A DNA stretch of 64,000 nucleotides, taken from NCBI RefSeq assembly GCF_000150275.1, contig NW_002060946.1, forward strand, positions 7,235,855-7,299,854. The letters are read 5' to 3'. The position numbers and the translations under genes were made by a program. The notes below the pieces were generated by a model. That model ran no database searches. It was not told the DNA's origin and was given only the letters and a program-made list of their open reading frames with translations. The stretch's first letter is position 1. Each line of letters begins with the position of its first letter. Source of the stretch: Trichoplax adhaerens. Its lineage: Eukaryota; Animalia; Placozoa. Positions 40,100-54,300 of this stretch are shown here, one piece after another.

Positions 40100-42250
40100 G
40101 TTATTACGTATTCAATTGTAGTATTCGCAGAAGATGGCAGTTATACTCCATCATATGTAATTTAGTAGTCTATGACTAAAGTACGCGTAGATAGTCACTA
40201 TCGTTGGCATCGGATAATGATAGTTTATAGAAAGTCCTTGATTGCTGCTTTATATATATATATATATATGTCATATATACACTATAGTACTGAAGGCCGT
40301 ACACTCGATACAGTTTACTAGTCGTTAACTCGAGACGTAGTGGATACCAATAATTATAATTATATGATTTGTATATTATCGAATACAACAAGCACAAGAT
40401 AGTGGCGATTGCATGCCATGTTCAATGTATACGAAATATCGGTTGGATAAAACCATCTATGGAGCTGTACTATGAAGCCGACCTTTTCATAGTATATTGC
40501 TCGAAATATCATTTAATTCCCCCTTATGCTATGACGTATTCTACTATAGTATTTGCAGAACATGACAATAATACTCTATCATATAAATTAGCAGCCCATG
40601 GCTACAGTACATCGAGACGCAGTGGATACCAATAATTATATGATTCGTATACTGTCAAATGCAACAGGCACGAGACTGTGGCGATTGTATACCATATTCG
40701 ATAGATTACGGGCAATATACTGTATATACAATGTCCATAAAAACTGATCTATTTATAGCATATAACTCGAAATATCATTCAATTTCCCTATATACTATTA
40801 CGTATTCTAGCGTAGTATTTGCAGAACATGGTAGTAATACTCTATCATGTAATTTAGTAGTCCATGACTACAGTATATGGTCACTATGGTTAGTATCGGG
40901 TAAGGCTAATTTGTAGAAAGTCCTTTAAGTATATATCACAGTAACAAAGGCCGCACACTTGATACAGCTTACTACTCGACAACTCGAGACGTAGTGGATA
41001 CCAATAATGACAACTATAGTTATATGATTTGTATATTATCGAATATAGCAAGCACAAAACTGTGGTGATTGTCTACCTCTTCGATATACTACATGCGAAA
41101 TATCGGTTGGATAAAACGATATTTCGAGCTGTACTATGAAATCGATCTATATATAGTGTAGTGTATAGCTCGAAGTTTCATTCAATCTCTCTTTATACTA
41201 TTAGATATTCTACTGCAGTATTTGCACAATATGGCAGTAGTACTCTATTATGTAATTTAGTAGTCCATGACTACAGTATATGGTCACTACGGTTGGTATT
41301 GGATAAGGCTAGTTTGTAGAAAGTCCTTGATTGATGTTCTGTATACATTATAGAACTGAAGGCCACACACTTGATGCAGCTTACTACTCGACAACTCGAG
41401 ACGTAGTGGATACCAATAATGACAACTATAGTTAGATCATTTGTATATTATCGAATATAACAAGTACAAGGCTGTGGCGATTGCCTACCTCTTCGATATG
41501 CTATAAAACGATATTTCGAGCTGTACTATGAAATCGATCTATATATAGTGTAGTGTATAGCTCGAAGTTTCATTCAATCTCTCTTTATACTATTAGATAT
41601 TCTACTGCAGTATTTGCACAATATGGTAGTAATACTCTATCATGTAATTTAGTAGTCCATGACTACAGTATATGGTCACTATGGTTGGTATCGGATAAGG
41701 CTAGTTTGTAGAAAGTCCTTGATTGATGTTCTGTATACATTATAGAACTGAAGGCCACACACTTAATACAGCTTACTACTCGACAACTCGAGACGTAGTG
41801 GATACCAATAATTACAACTATAGTTATATGATTTGTATATTATCGAATATAGCAAGCACAAGACTATGGCGATTGCCTACCTTTTCGATATACTACATAC
41901 GAAATAACGGTTGGATAAAACGATATTTCGAGCTGTACTAATGAAACCGATCTATTTATAGTGTCGTATATAGCTCGAAGTTTCATTCAATCTCTCTTTA
42001 TACTGTTAGATATTCTACTGTAGTATTTGCACAATATGGCCGTAATATTCTATTATGTAATTTAGTAGTCCATGACAATAATATATTAGTCACTATGGTT
42101 GGCATTGGATAAGGTTAGTTTTGTAGAAAATCCATCCTTGCTGCTTTGCTGATCTATTTGCATATAACGTCTCGAGTATCGAGAAGGGTAAGCGACTCAT
42201 TATAGCACTGAAAAGCGCAGACTCGATATAGTCTACTATTCGACCACATT
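40100..42250. repeat. Large-unit tandem repeat (unit ~280-410 bp, about 5.5 copies) filling most of the HMBS/WRN divergent region
   Basis: CGAGACG(T/C)AGTGGATACCAATAAT occurs at 40331, 40613, 40985, 41397 and 41789 (spacings 282, 372, 412, 392). The last three copies are near-identical. Confidence 0.95.
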
Positions 42251-42604
42251 GGATGGACAGATTGGACAGCAATACTACGCCCATGGCGATACATTAACCT
42301 TGTATACTTTGGATTACCATAAGCATAAGACTAAGGCCTTCTATCATCATTCTGCCGGTTCGACTCAACAAACTGCCCTTGCATTTATGCCCAAAATCTT
42401 GCTGTCCGCAGAGAGGATGCCCATGAAGGAGTAATAGGATCCAATCGAGCCTAGCTACCGTGGAAAAACAACAGGAAAAACAAGTGTCAAATTCAACACC
42501 TTGAAAACGCAAGTCAGCTATCCAGGATAGATAGTGTTGCTAGATTGAAAATTACTGCGCATTCTTGCTGCTGATGATTGAGGTCTGCAAACTAGTCTGC
42601 AAGT

Positions 42605-45600
42605 ATGGCCGAGTTAGCATTGTATGGAAAGCAATTGGATATGATTCGTGATCAGTTGAGACTTTGGATTGATCAATGGCATTATCATCAATTTGATGAT
42701 GAAAAAATGATCCGTACCATCAAGACAACTACCGAAGATATCGCAACACAGATACAACGTTTACAAAGTAAAGTGCAGTTGTATTTGCAACAGGAGAATA
42801 CGAGTACATCATCGCAGGAAAACGGGTAATATAAACAAAGAAGAGGCTTAACGAGCTAGCTACTGCATCATCATCCATCATATCCACTACTCGTTATTGG
42901 CAAAGTAGACAATAGTCATTGTATACAGTGCCCCAATAGCTAGATTGATAGAGATCGTTGAATTCAACTCTTATGCAATTTAAGATTTGTTCTGTGCAGA
43001 ATCAGTAAGATAGCAACCAGTGGTAAAGTTTTGTGGCGAACTACTACTACAGCGCACATTATTTCAGAGTTTAGAAGTCACTTCAAGATCACTTACTGTA
43101 TGCTTCCATAGGATTAGATACTATCTTAGTTTGGTCTTATTTCCAGTGTACATAATTTTGTCTTAAAAACTTCGTATTCAACAACGATACATCCCAAAGT
43201 TTTCCTCTAGTCGATAAAATAGCATGCAATCATGAACTATCAATAAGGCTTTGATTCATTAAATGATTAATTGAATGTGTTTATGATTCCTATACCATAT
43301 GGACAACTGGTGCCACTTTTGTATGATGGCCTTGTCATCTACGGCCAGATTACAAGACAGTCAAGTTGATCAAGATTTAATGCTAGAGGTAATGTCTATC
43401 TTATTCATTATAGGCATAGTTGACTTTTTACTCTTCACTGCAGAACAAATCATAGAATTTATCGCGATATCTGTCTGACCTGACTGAAATTGAAATTTTC
43501 AATGATAGTTACAGTAGAATGACTGTTATAGTATCCAATATAAAATATAACTTTGTCTTAATATTAGGCAATGCTAATAATGTGTACAGTCAATAATATG
43601 TCATCGTATCTTACCTTTTTGAGAGTGAAAGTTTTATTTGCAAGAAACAAGTATTTTGACATCAAATGAATACCGAGCAACTTTGTCTTAGTGCTATTAT
43701 TGTGCATTACCACTGATATAGTCCAATTGCATGATATATTGTGATATCTCAACTCTAATATATTGGAGGTAGAATTTCTTAGTATTGCATAAAAATGAAT
43801 TGATGCTATTTGGGTTTATCTCTATCAATATCATATAATAATATTGATGCAACAAAACTGGTTGTGTATGATAGCAGAATATTTATGCTATGGGGAGCCG
43901 TACTAGTAATATTTTTTGGCTCTTTAGCCCTAACAGGTCGACATAGGAATCGATTAATAGTAAAATAGATTACAATATTATATAATAAGTATTGCTTTAA
44001 CGCATAACAATTCTTACTTGTAGTGATATAATTAGTAAGTCATGTCAGTGGTAATCTGACATTTCATTATGGATGTGTGTTGATATCTATCGGTATTCCT
44101 TGGGATGATTTTACTTAATTACCGTATCGGTACTATAAACATTTCGAAACTTATTAATTTTATTCTTGTTATAGGAAATCGATTGGGAAAAGGAAGAAGA
44201 ATCAGGTCAGTAAAGTAGAGAATACGGCATGAGATAAAGTTTGCGGTAGCTGACCTTTAGCATCACCAGAAGTTAAAATGATGAGAATATGCTCGCTTTT
44301 CAGATGATATACAATCTAGTTTTGAAAAATCAGCAGTTGAAGGTGTTAAAGTAAGACTGTGCTATAAATCACTGGACTGTATACCTTTCATATGTAATAG
44401 TATGTTCTAAAGTATATGCTACTTCATTATCTTTCAATGAATGTCATTTGGGGACTATTTAGGGTTCAGGTATTAAAATATCCTAAAATATTTGTATTAT
44501 ACGTAATTTTTGCACTATGTATGATTTGCATTGTGGTCTTGTAGCATTCTCTACCCTAAGCGTACTACAATAATGGTACTCATTGACATCGCTATTTTTC
44601 AGATAATATCCAGGATTGTCTAGATGCTTCGTTAGTTGAAGATATTAAAGTATAGATATGTGATTTACATTGGATAATACTTCATATTTAGATACTATCT
44701 AGAACACGATTAATTTTTACTCAATGAAGTTCTCTATCTCTTATTGTAGGAAATTGATTGGAGTAAAGAAGCATCGATTGGAACTATTTTAAACGATGCT
44801 ACCGAATCTGGTAACTACGTGTACTGTACAGTATTATAACGGGAGCAGCCATAATTATTTTGAATATTCACGTTTACAAAGCCATTGAGCTGCTTATGAT
44901 ACAATTTCTATATATATTAGAAGATTTTGAAATCGGTGAACAGCCATCAAATGCGCATTTGAAAATATTAAAAGATTCCTTTGGTCATGCCCAGTTTAGG
45001 CCGTAAGCACTAGCAATCCCGTCTTGTATATATTGACGAATTCGCGATACTATAATGACATTGCATTAGAAATATTTATTCACAAATAGAATGGAAGTAC
45101 AGATGTTGTAATTGCTACAATTTGTTAGAAATTGCCTGATTCTATGATCATAATTCTGAATGTTACATTATTGAATGGACAATGCAGACTCCAATGGAAG
45201 ATTATAAATTCCATCGTAACACACAACAGGGATAACTGTGTTGTAATGGCGACAGGTAGAGTATTCCAGCATACGACTAGACAATAACTTTATTTCATGT
45301 TTATCTTTATAATAATGCTGCATTGTTATAGAAAATGAAATAGTAGCATATCGAAATATCACCTAAGTGATAGCAACCTAAATTACAAGAAGCCTGCTAT
45401 TCTAAATTTTGCTTTCCTACGATAGGAAATAATCTAGTATTACTGTCTCGCTCTCTTTATTATATTGTCTAGTAATGAGCAAAAGCTTACATACTACAAT
45501 TGTAAGCATGGTAATTGCATTTTATAGCTTTATTTTGCGTTCGTTTTACTTTAATACTGAAAATTACTCATCTTATTAATTTCTTCTTTTCACTACTTAT

Positions 45601-48600
45601 TTTTACTTAGGATATGGAAAGAGCTTATGCTATCAATATCCTGCGGTCTACTTAAAAAAAATTGTCATCGTAATATCTCCATTAATTTCTCTAATGCAAG
45701 ATCAAGTTATGGCACTAACGTAAGTTGCATTACGTTAGGTGTATACCAGTAGAGGCCTTGATCCATTTTAATAACAACATCTGATGCAATGGTCTAAACT
45801 ACGTTCTAGTGTAAATAATATTCCTGCATGCTATTTGGGATCAGCTCAACGTAATGGTGCAGAAGTGACACGAAATTTAAAAAGGTGCGATCTAAACGCA
45901 CTCTTCCTAAAACATGAAGCACTTGGAGTAGTATAACTTACTAAAATCATTTTCAGTAGAGTGATTTTCAAGTTTCAATTTTCTTTGACGACTTTTATCA
46001 ATGATCGACGCTATATATTGATGTAATTCCACAGGGGTAGATATTATCTGCTATATGTTGCTCCGGAATTTGCTGTTACATCTGGTTCATTATTCAAAGA
46101 GCTAAATGATACTATTGGTAACTAATTAACAATTATAGTACAAGAACCCTTAATAATGATGCGTTTGAACATACACTTCCGTTAGCAGTGCTAAAAATTA
46201 TGTACGTTCTGACGGTTTTTACTAAATTTTTAATTCGTTAGGAATTTCTTTAGTAGCTATCGATGAAGCCCATTGTGTATCACAATGGGGTCATGATTTT
46301 CGCTCCTCTTATCGGCAACTAGACTTTATAAGAAATCTTTTACCACATGTAAGACTGATGTAACTTTAGGATGTTGCCAATATTTTTTAATTCTCTAAAG
46401 TTTAGTTTCATCGTAAGTAAAAGAGGCTGTTAATCGCTCACTCAGGTACCTATTATGGCTTTAACGGCCACTGCTACTCCTCTAGTTCGCGCTGATATTT
46501 GTACAGCTCTAAAACTGTCCGATCCATTAATATCTAGCACAAGCTTTGATCGGTACGGTATACCTGTATACAGGTTCTACTGTTAATTGTCTTTGGCATT
46601 AGCTTACATTATCGGTGGACAATAATTTACGCAGAAAAACTACCATTTTTTTAGGCCTAATCTGTACTTTGAAGTTCGAATAAAATCGGATTTAATGAAG
46701 GATTTGAAGCCTTACATGAGGAAACGAGAAGAGAAAAAGTTAGAAATATCTTATTATTATTGGTTATGAAAGTATTATTGCCGCAGTACTAATCAAGTAT
46801 AACATATGGTTTTCATTTCTCGTATTTATTATAGACTCTTTTACGAATTTGAAGGTTCAACTATCATTTATTGTATATCGCGAAAGGATTCAGAGATGGT
46901 AGCGAGCAAATTACAAGGTTCAAATATTTTAAAACAACGATCACTTATTAACGTACGGATGACCGATTTAGTAAGTTAGTTGTGTAATAATGTAATTAAT
47001 TATTATTAACTAGCCTTTGGCATAAAGTGCGGTTATTATCATGCTGGTATGGGACTGCAAGATCGTCAACGGATTCATCATGAATTTATTAGAGACGAAT
47101 TACAGGTGATTATCAACGTTCTCATAGAGTTTAGTAATACGACTGGAACTAATTTGCTTTTAATATCAATAAAATTATAGTGTGTGGTTGCTACAATTGC
47201 GTTTGGTATGGGTATTGACAAGCCGGATGTCAGAAGGATAATTCACTACGGAGGTCTGATATAGTGAAATCAGTAAAGTCGATAGTACAGTTTCAGGCGA
47301 TGTTAATTTTTCTGCGATATCTAGTATAGTTAGATCTGCGGTTTGTACTCTAGTATATGATATTCTGTTATTTAACGATTAAGCGCCTCGAGATATTGAA
47401 TCCTACTACCAAGAAGTCGGTCGTGCAGGTCGTGACGGGTATGAGTTATTTCTTTCTTCTAAATCTGGGTGTAGTTACTGTTATCATAACAGCAATTATT
47501 GATTCACTTTTGAAATATGAACTTATTCTTTAAGATTGCCAGGTGTATGCGTGGTTTTCTTTGCAGAAGCTGACTTCCGTTTGCATAAGTAAGATATACA
47601 TGATATACTAGTTTTGGTTGCTATAAGTACTTTACTAGTAAATGTTATAAATCGATGTAATTATATGCAGACATTTCATTGGAGAGATAGCCGATGAAGA
47701 CTTTAGGAAACACAAATTGGAAATGATGAATAAATTGTTAACTTACCTAATAACTAAAGATTGTCGTAGGAGGTAGAGTCTGCTATTTTTCTGCATTATA
47801 AACACAGATTGATTTTCTAATATAGCTGTACACACATTAACACCTATTTACCTTATTAGAGAAATTATTTCTCATTTTGAATCGAAGAACATTGATGATT
47901 TTCCTAAACATGCCGATTGCTGTGATAACTGCCGCAGGAGGTGAAAAAATTTAGTTAACTAATATTATATATTAAGCAGTGCATCTAAGTGGTGTTGGCT
48001 TGTATTTAGTTTAAGTGGTGCAGTGTCTGAAAATGATGAGAAGAATAATGTACAAGGTCCAAACTTTGGTCGCGAAGCAAGAGATTTACTTCAGACTGTA
48101 TTGGTATACCTACTGATGACGATTATAAAATTTATAACTGATTTAGTTTGAAAAATGAACTAATTACCATCTTAAGTTGCTAAAGGTACTGTTATCATTT
48201 TAGGCTTGTGGTGATGGAAAATATGGTCTTACCATACCAATAAAACTTCTATGTGGCTTGGCAAGTTTAATACCACCTTTGTCCTTGTATTCATAATCAA
48301 GGTTAATTAATTAATCATTATTTTATTATTTCTATCCCATTCTATTCTGGATTACTCAGCAAGTAAAAAATATATCAGCCTTTGAGAGGATGGCTATGTA
48401 CTGTAAAGGAAAGTAAGTTTAATATTACTTCGCAATCATATAATTATTATTGACGTCAACGTCGTAGCTAGTAAGTTGATTAAATTAACATTTGAAATAG
48501 TTTTCATCATTCTTGGGCTAATGAGTGTCATATTAACACACTTGATAGGTATCGTCCTCGAAAATGGTGGAAGACGCTAGGTTAGAATCGAAGTATTACA

Positions 48601-51152
48601 AATTAGGTAGTAATACCTATAGCGCATTTGTATTCTTAATAACTATTTCGCAATATCATTAATATAGGTAAATTATTAACTATGGAAGGATTCTTGCAAG
48701 AATATCCACTGACCGGGATGTATGGATGCGTAATCGGTTTATCTGGTACGTATGACAAACATCCGCTTACCATAGTATTTTTATACACGTAATTCTTACT
48801 TTTTATGCAATATTGCTGACGCAATGTCTGAATAGATCTCGGCCATGCTTGGCTTAAGAACACAGCAAACGAGACTATCCCAACCCTGCACTTAAAAAAT
48901 CACGCGGTATGAAACAGCTTATCATTGATTCTGCAATTTAACTTCAATTCATATGCGAATAAGTTACCGAAATGTGTACTCTTTGCAGCTATTTAATCTT
49001 TCTCAAAGGACTCCGACGACTAATAGGTCAGCGTATGAAATTGTTCAGTTTTGAAAATGTTTCGAAATGTTTCATGTAGAGTTTAGCAAAGACCAGTAAT
49101 CTGTTAAGGTACCTATCATCAAAACATATTAATTCTGAAATTATCGATTATATTTTAGCGGTCAGACTTCGGGAGTATACGAAGTAGTGCCAGTTGTATG
49201 GCAGAATGCGACTGAAGTTGCAATTAATATAGCTAAAAAGGCTATGCTGTCCGCACAAAGCCCTAGTGAAAATGTAGTAGAAGATCCTGCAGAAGTCGAA
49301 TTTCAGGTACAAATATTAATTACATGCACAGTAACGCTTATAGCTTTTTCAGAATTTCGAAATTGTAAATTTCATATGTACTATGCACGTTTACTCGTAC
49401 TCTCGCCATTATAGCGGTCGTTGTATACTGAGTTGATGTCACTTAGAAACAAAGTTGCAAATGAAATAGGATGCGCGCCTTACATGGTTGCTAATAACAA
49501 GAATCTTTTGGAAATTGCGACTATTAGGTAGAGCTACATCTTGGTAATATAGTAGATTATGTACATGAACTAATCAAATTAGCTATAACCTAAATCAAAA
49601 TTATAACCGATATTTGCAGACCCAATAGCGAAGATAATTTGCTAAAGATCGAGGGAATCTCAAACACCCGATGCGCAAAATTTGGTGCTGTATTTGTTAA
49701 AAAAGTTATTGAGTTATGCACAAAGAACAATTTTCAAACTAATAAATTTCCTGATACATCTGTATCCAGCTCTGCACTTAATAATGAGGTACGCTATATA
49801 ATTAAATTTACTATTATTGAAGAAAGTGAACATTACGAAATATAGTTGTTTAATTACAATTTGCAGCGTAAAGTTAAGTAAAAATACTAATTGCTACATG
49901 ATACCTTTAAATATACTTGTTTAGTTTGCTGAACTATATAATAGACTACAACCCGTTCGCGAACTGTCTGAAACAGAATTTATGACTTACAATTATTTTC
50001 ACGAAAGAAATATGTCTCTGGTATGTTTTATGTTAGCCATACTAGCTGAGTAAAAATCTAATATCTGTACATCTGTACCTAACATGACCTTAACATTGTC
50101 ATGATAGAGTGAAATTTGTGAAAAACGTGGTCTCCAAGAGTCTACTATCGTTGGACATCTCGCTAAAGCTCTCCTGGCAGGATACCCTGTCGATTTAAAC
50201 CGAGGTGAAATTTATTGTACTTTTGATATCTGCTATATACTGACGTTTAAGCATCAAATTTACTATCAATTCAACTAACATAGACATGCTATATTTTAAA
50301 ATCGGTGTTTCTATAGCTGGTTATGTTAAGGCTTTGTACCAATTAATCGAAAATACAATATCGAAATTGCCAGATGGATTTGGTGGGTTTCATTACCTTC
50401 AGATTGTAGTGGATTATCATATTAATTGTTATAATTTAGAATGGGAAAGAAGTTCCCAGTAGGTTTTGATTATTCTGCCGCAAAGAATTGTAGCTATGTC
50501 TTTGTTGATAGAAACGCTATTAAATTAGACAGTAATTCGATACTTCCTTGGAATGTAGATTTTCAAAGGTTGAAAGACGTGAAGGAATTGCTACCTGAAA
50601 CGATAACCTGGAGTCAATTACTTATACACGCAGCTGTAGCACAAGTCTTGCATAATAGATTGCCAGCGGTTAAATCTCCGAAGGCAGATACAGTGTCAAG
50701 ATTAGATCAGGTAATGCTAAGGATCGTCTTTCTTATCCATGAAGTTTAAACTGTATTCTGAGTCGTAAGTACTTGTAAAGTTACCCAGTTCCTAGATATG
50801 TACTACTTTAAATGAACGATTGATCGGAAGTAGAAGATTTTTTTGCCTCAATTTGATTTTAATGTTAAATTGTCATATTTTTATCATTGAATTTTTAGAA
50901 TGAATGTTAAGTACTAGATAGCAGGATTGATAAGATTAGTGTATAAGTTTGCCAGATTTAATATATTTACTTGCTTGTTATAAAATTTAATATCGGTACA
51001 AGATTTCACTGAATTCTTCTACTGTCGCTAAATCAATCAAGTTGGAAAAGAATACAGATACATCTCAAGACAGTAAACGAAAGCTACCAGCATGGATGGA
51101 TAACAGAGAACAGTCATCGAGTACTTATAAACGAAAAGCAAGCTATTTTTAA
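42605..51152 (+). CDS. WRN: Werner-type RecQ helicase (helicase, RQC, HRDC, C-terminal HTH); no exonuclease domain seen
   Basis: Many exons give [18 protein letters not shown]...[20 protein letters not shown]...[14 protein letters not shown]...ALTATAT...[15 protein letters not shown]...[12 protein letters not shown]...CRR...CCDNC...WWKTL...[21 protein letters not shown]. The C-terminal KRKLPAWM resembles the WRN NLS region. MATGYGKS and QWKxI are WRN-type. Confidence 0.92.
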
Positions 51153-51345
51153 TAGAATTGCTGTACTTAAGCAAGTAGGAAAAATATCTATAAAATTACC
51201 ATAAGTTAATTAGTTGCTCTTTGGCAATAATATAAATCAATAGATAACATTCTTGATTCGGTTGAAGCACCGTACAGGTTGTATATAAATTAGTTACGCT
51301 AAGTTAGCTTTCGTTTTAATATGGCTATCTTTGAAACTTTGGCTA

Positions 51346-54300
51346 TTAGTTATTACTACTTTTAAAGACACCGTCGTAAATATCATATCGTTTTTGAGCT
51401 GTAACAGGTATTTGACTCCGAACTTCGTCCAGATAATTTAAATCTATAGACAAATATAATTAAGTTATTGCTTGTTGAAATTGTATGTAAGCAAATTATT
51501 TGGTGGAAATTGTTCTACCACTTTATTATATATATGTATATATTATGTAGGCATTGTGCCTATACTTTACCAATATCTGCATAAACAATTTGTTCCTTTT
51601 CATCGCACGTTGACATAACTCTTCCCCTATAAAAGGAGCCAAGCGATCATAGCAATTTAATAACTCGTTTAAACGATTTATACTAGCGTAAATTTGAGGA
51701 CAATGTTGAGAAATAAAGATTATTAAAGTTCTAAAAAAATTTAGGTACCATGGATCGACGACAGTGCTATGACCCCAAGTAATATAATCAGCGGTCTTAT
51801 CACGAGCTGGAGAACAAGTAGCTACATAGATCTAACAGAAAGTGGGAGTAGTTTTAGCCCTATAGCATCCAGTAATATTTAACCGCAATGTATTTCATTA
51901 ATTAATAGCTAGATTAGAATCGCTATATAAGTACTGCATTTATACTGGCAGTGAACCTGATTATCAAGTGCGCGCGATCGCTGTAGTAATTCCCAGTGTA
52001 CAGGACCAGTTGTGGTATTGAAAGCTCCCGGATAAATGACCAATTGGCATCCTAAATAGTATTGAACATATTCGACGGCTTAACAATATTCACCATGGAA
52101 AGTATACGCAGCAAGAGAAATTTTTTTTGCTATCAGATCGTATAAGGACCTCTTTTGCAATATGCTTGAGCGAGCTCCGGAAAGCGAACATCGTAGCAAA
52201 TACCGAGTCCAACTTTACAATAGGCTATTGAGAAAACAATACATTACAGTGAAAACTTAATTCAAATTTAATATATTCCATAAGTCAAAGACATTAGAAT
52301 TTCAATGTCCTAGACTGTTTCAACACATTTACGACACCGTTGTTACTGCTTGTATATGTACACAATCGCTGAAGCGCGTGAATTAATTAGGCAACGTAGA
52401 TAATATAAGCTAAAGTGTTGGGTAAAGTATTGTTCTCTAATATATTTTAGTATTCAACATTAAAATACTTACGGGTATCAAAAGTAGCAAATTCATTTCC
52501 AGGTGATAATACATCCGATTCGCGGAAAGTAATTTTTCCAGGTACGTCAATGTCGAAAAGGTGCATCTGTAAATTGTATAGCATAAAATGAATTATGAGT
52601 AGTTACTATAGAGTAATTGTTTAAGGAGTGATTTTGCACATATGATTAATTCTTTATAGTGCAAGTAAATGCAGGTAACATTGATAAGGCAGGAAATATT
52701 CGAAAATTATCGATGGCGAATTTATTAAATGGAATAGCTGATTAATGCTAACATGTACAGAAAAGTTCTTTAGTATTTGCATCAGTTTTGATAGGCTTCA
52801 AAGTAATTGCTACAAGTTTTTAGCGTTTAGTATAATTATATGCTTCGAATGAGAAAATTATCGACATAGTATGCGATAATTAATTCACAATTCATCGTAA
52901 TCCTATTACATAGTTGCTGTATATGCACACAGTAATCATAAAGATAGCAATTTAGATCATCACCTTTCTATACTTTGCAATCATAGAACCTTCAGGATCA
53001 AATACGGTGCAGGTATTAAATAACTTTCCATCTGCAACTTCGGGAATGGAACCTATGAAAAGAAAATTAGAATATACTTAGAGAAATACGTAATTATTGT
53101 ACGATATAATAAGGTCATTTCGTGTGTTAAATTAATCAATCAGTTGTGTGATAAGATTTTCACTGATGATAGGCCATATGAAAGAGAAACATTCATACAG
53201 CATATTCTAACAAAGTATGATCGATTCACTATGATACAGGCTTATGTTTGCTTGTTGAATTAATAAAATTATTATAATGCATCAGGTATTAAGGATAATG
53301 AATAATGTTGGTAAATAACAATAATAATGAGTAAAAAAAATAATGCAGAACGAATAGATAAGTATTCATTTGGCTACAAAGCATATTGCAGTAGCTTGTT
53401 AAGCCAATCAATATCGCCAGTTCCCATATCGTAAGATGTCTACGAATTATTATTATTATTATAATGCATCAGGTATTAAGGATAATGAATAATGTTGGTA
53501 AATAACAAAAATAATGGGTAAAAAAATAATGCAGAACGAATAGATAAGCATTCATTTGGCTACAAAGCATATTGCAGTAGTTTGTTAAGCCAATCAATAT
53601 CGCCAGCTCCCATATCGTAAGATGTCTACGAATAGCCAATATAGATGTATATTTAACATGAATGTATTAACAAGGGCAAAACATCTACTTGCACAACGTA
53701 TTTTGATTGGATCAATCATTTCATATATAAATACGGATAAACCAGGACACTTAATTGCTAATTTGTGTCTGATAACTACGTTTTATTGTCTAACAGGATT
53801 TTGAGTATATCATTGTAATCAATTTACAGTTTTTAAGATCAACAATATCCCAGTATGATCGTCATCAAGAGCACAGAATCATCATAAACTCGCCATGAAT
53901 GAAGTACGAGATATCTTCCAACTGATTAACCAGGAGCTATTGCACTTAACTATTTGATAATTCGTAATTGGATTGGGCGTGGAGTGATTTTAAGATTAGA
54001 TAAGGGCAGTTAATATTGTACAGGAAGAAAAAGTTGATGAAAAATACAGAAATAGCTTTAGGCAATGTATTAATGGAATTCCATGACTGATAATGCCTCC
54101 GGTACAAATAAATATACACTATCATAAGAGTAAAGATGGTCAAACTTTAAAATCTTACGCTAATCCAGACTATCATTTATAACCCGTGGATTCAAACTCA
54201 AATCGCCAATATTGTATACAACCATTTATTGACTTACCTCCAACTAGGTAAACTTTGTTTTCCTTGGCAATATCAGATAAAACTTGAGTTGTTGTACCAG

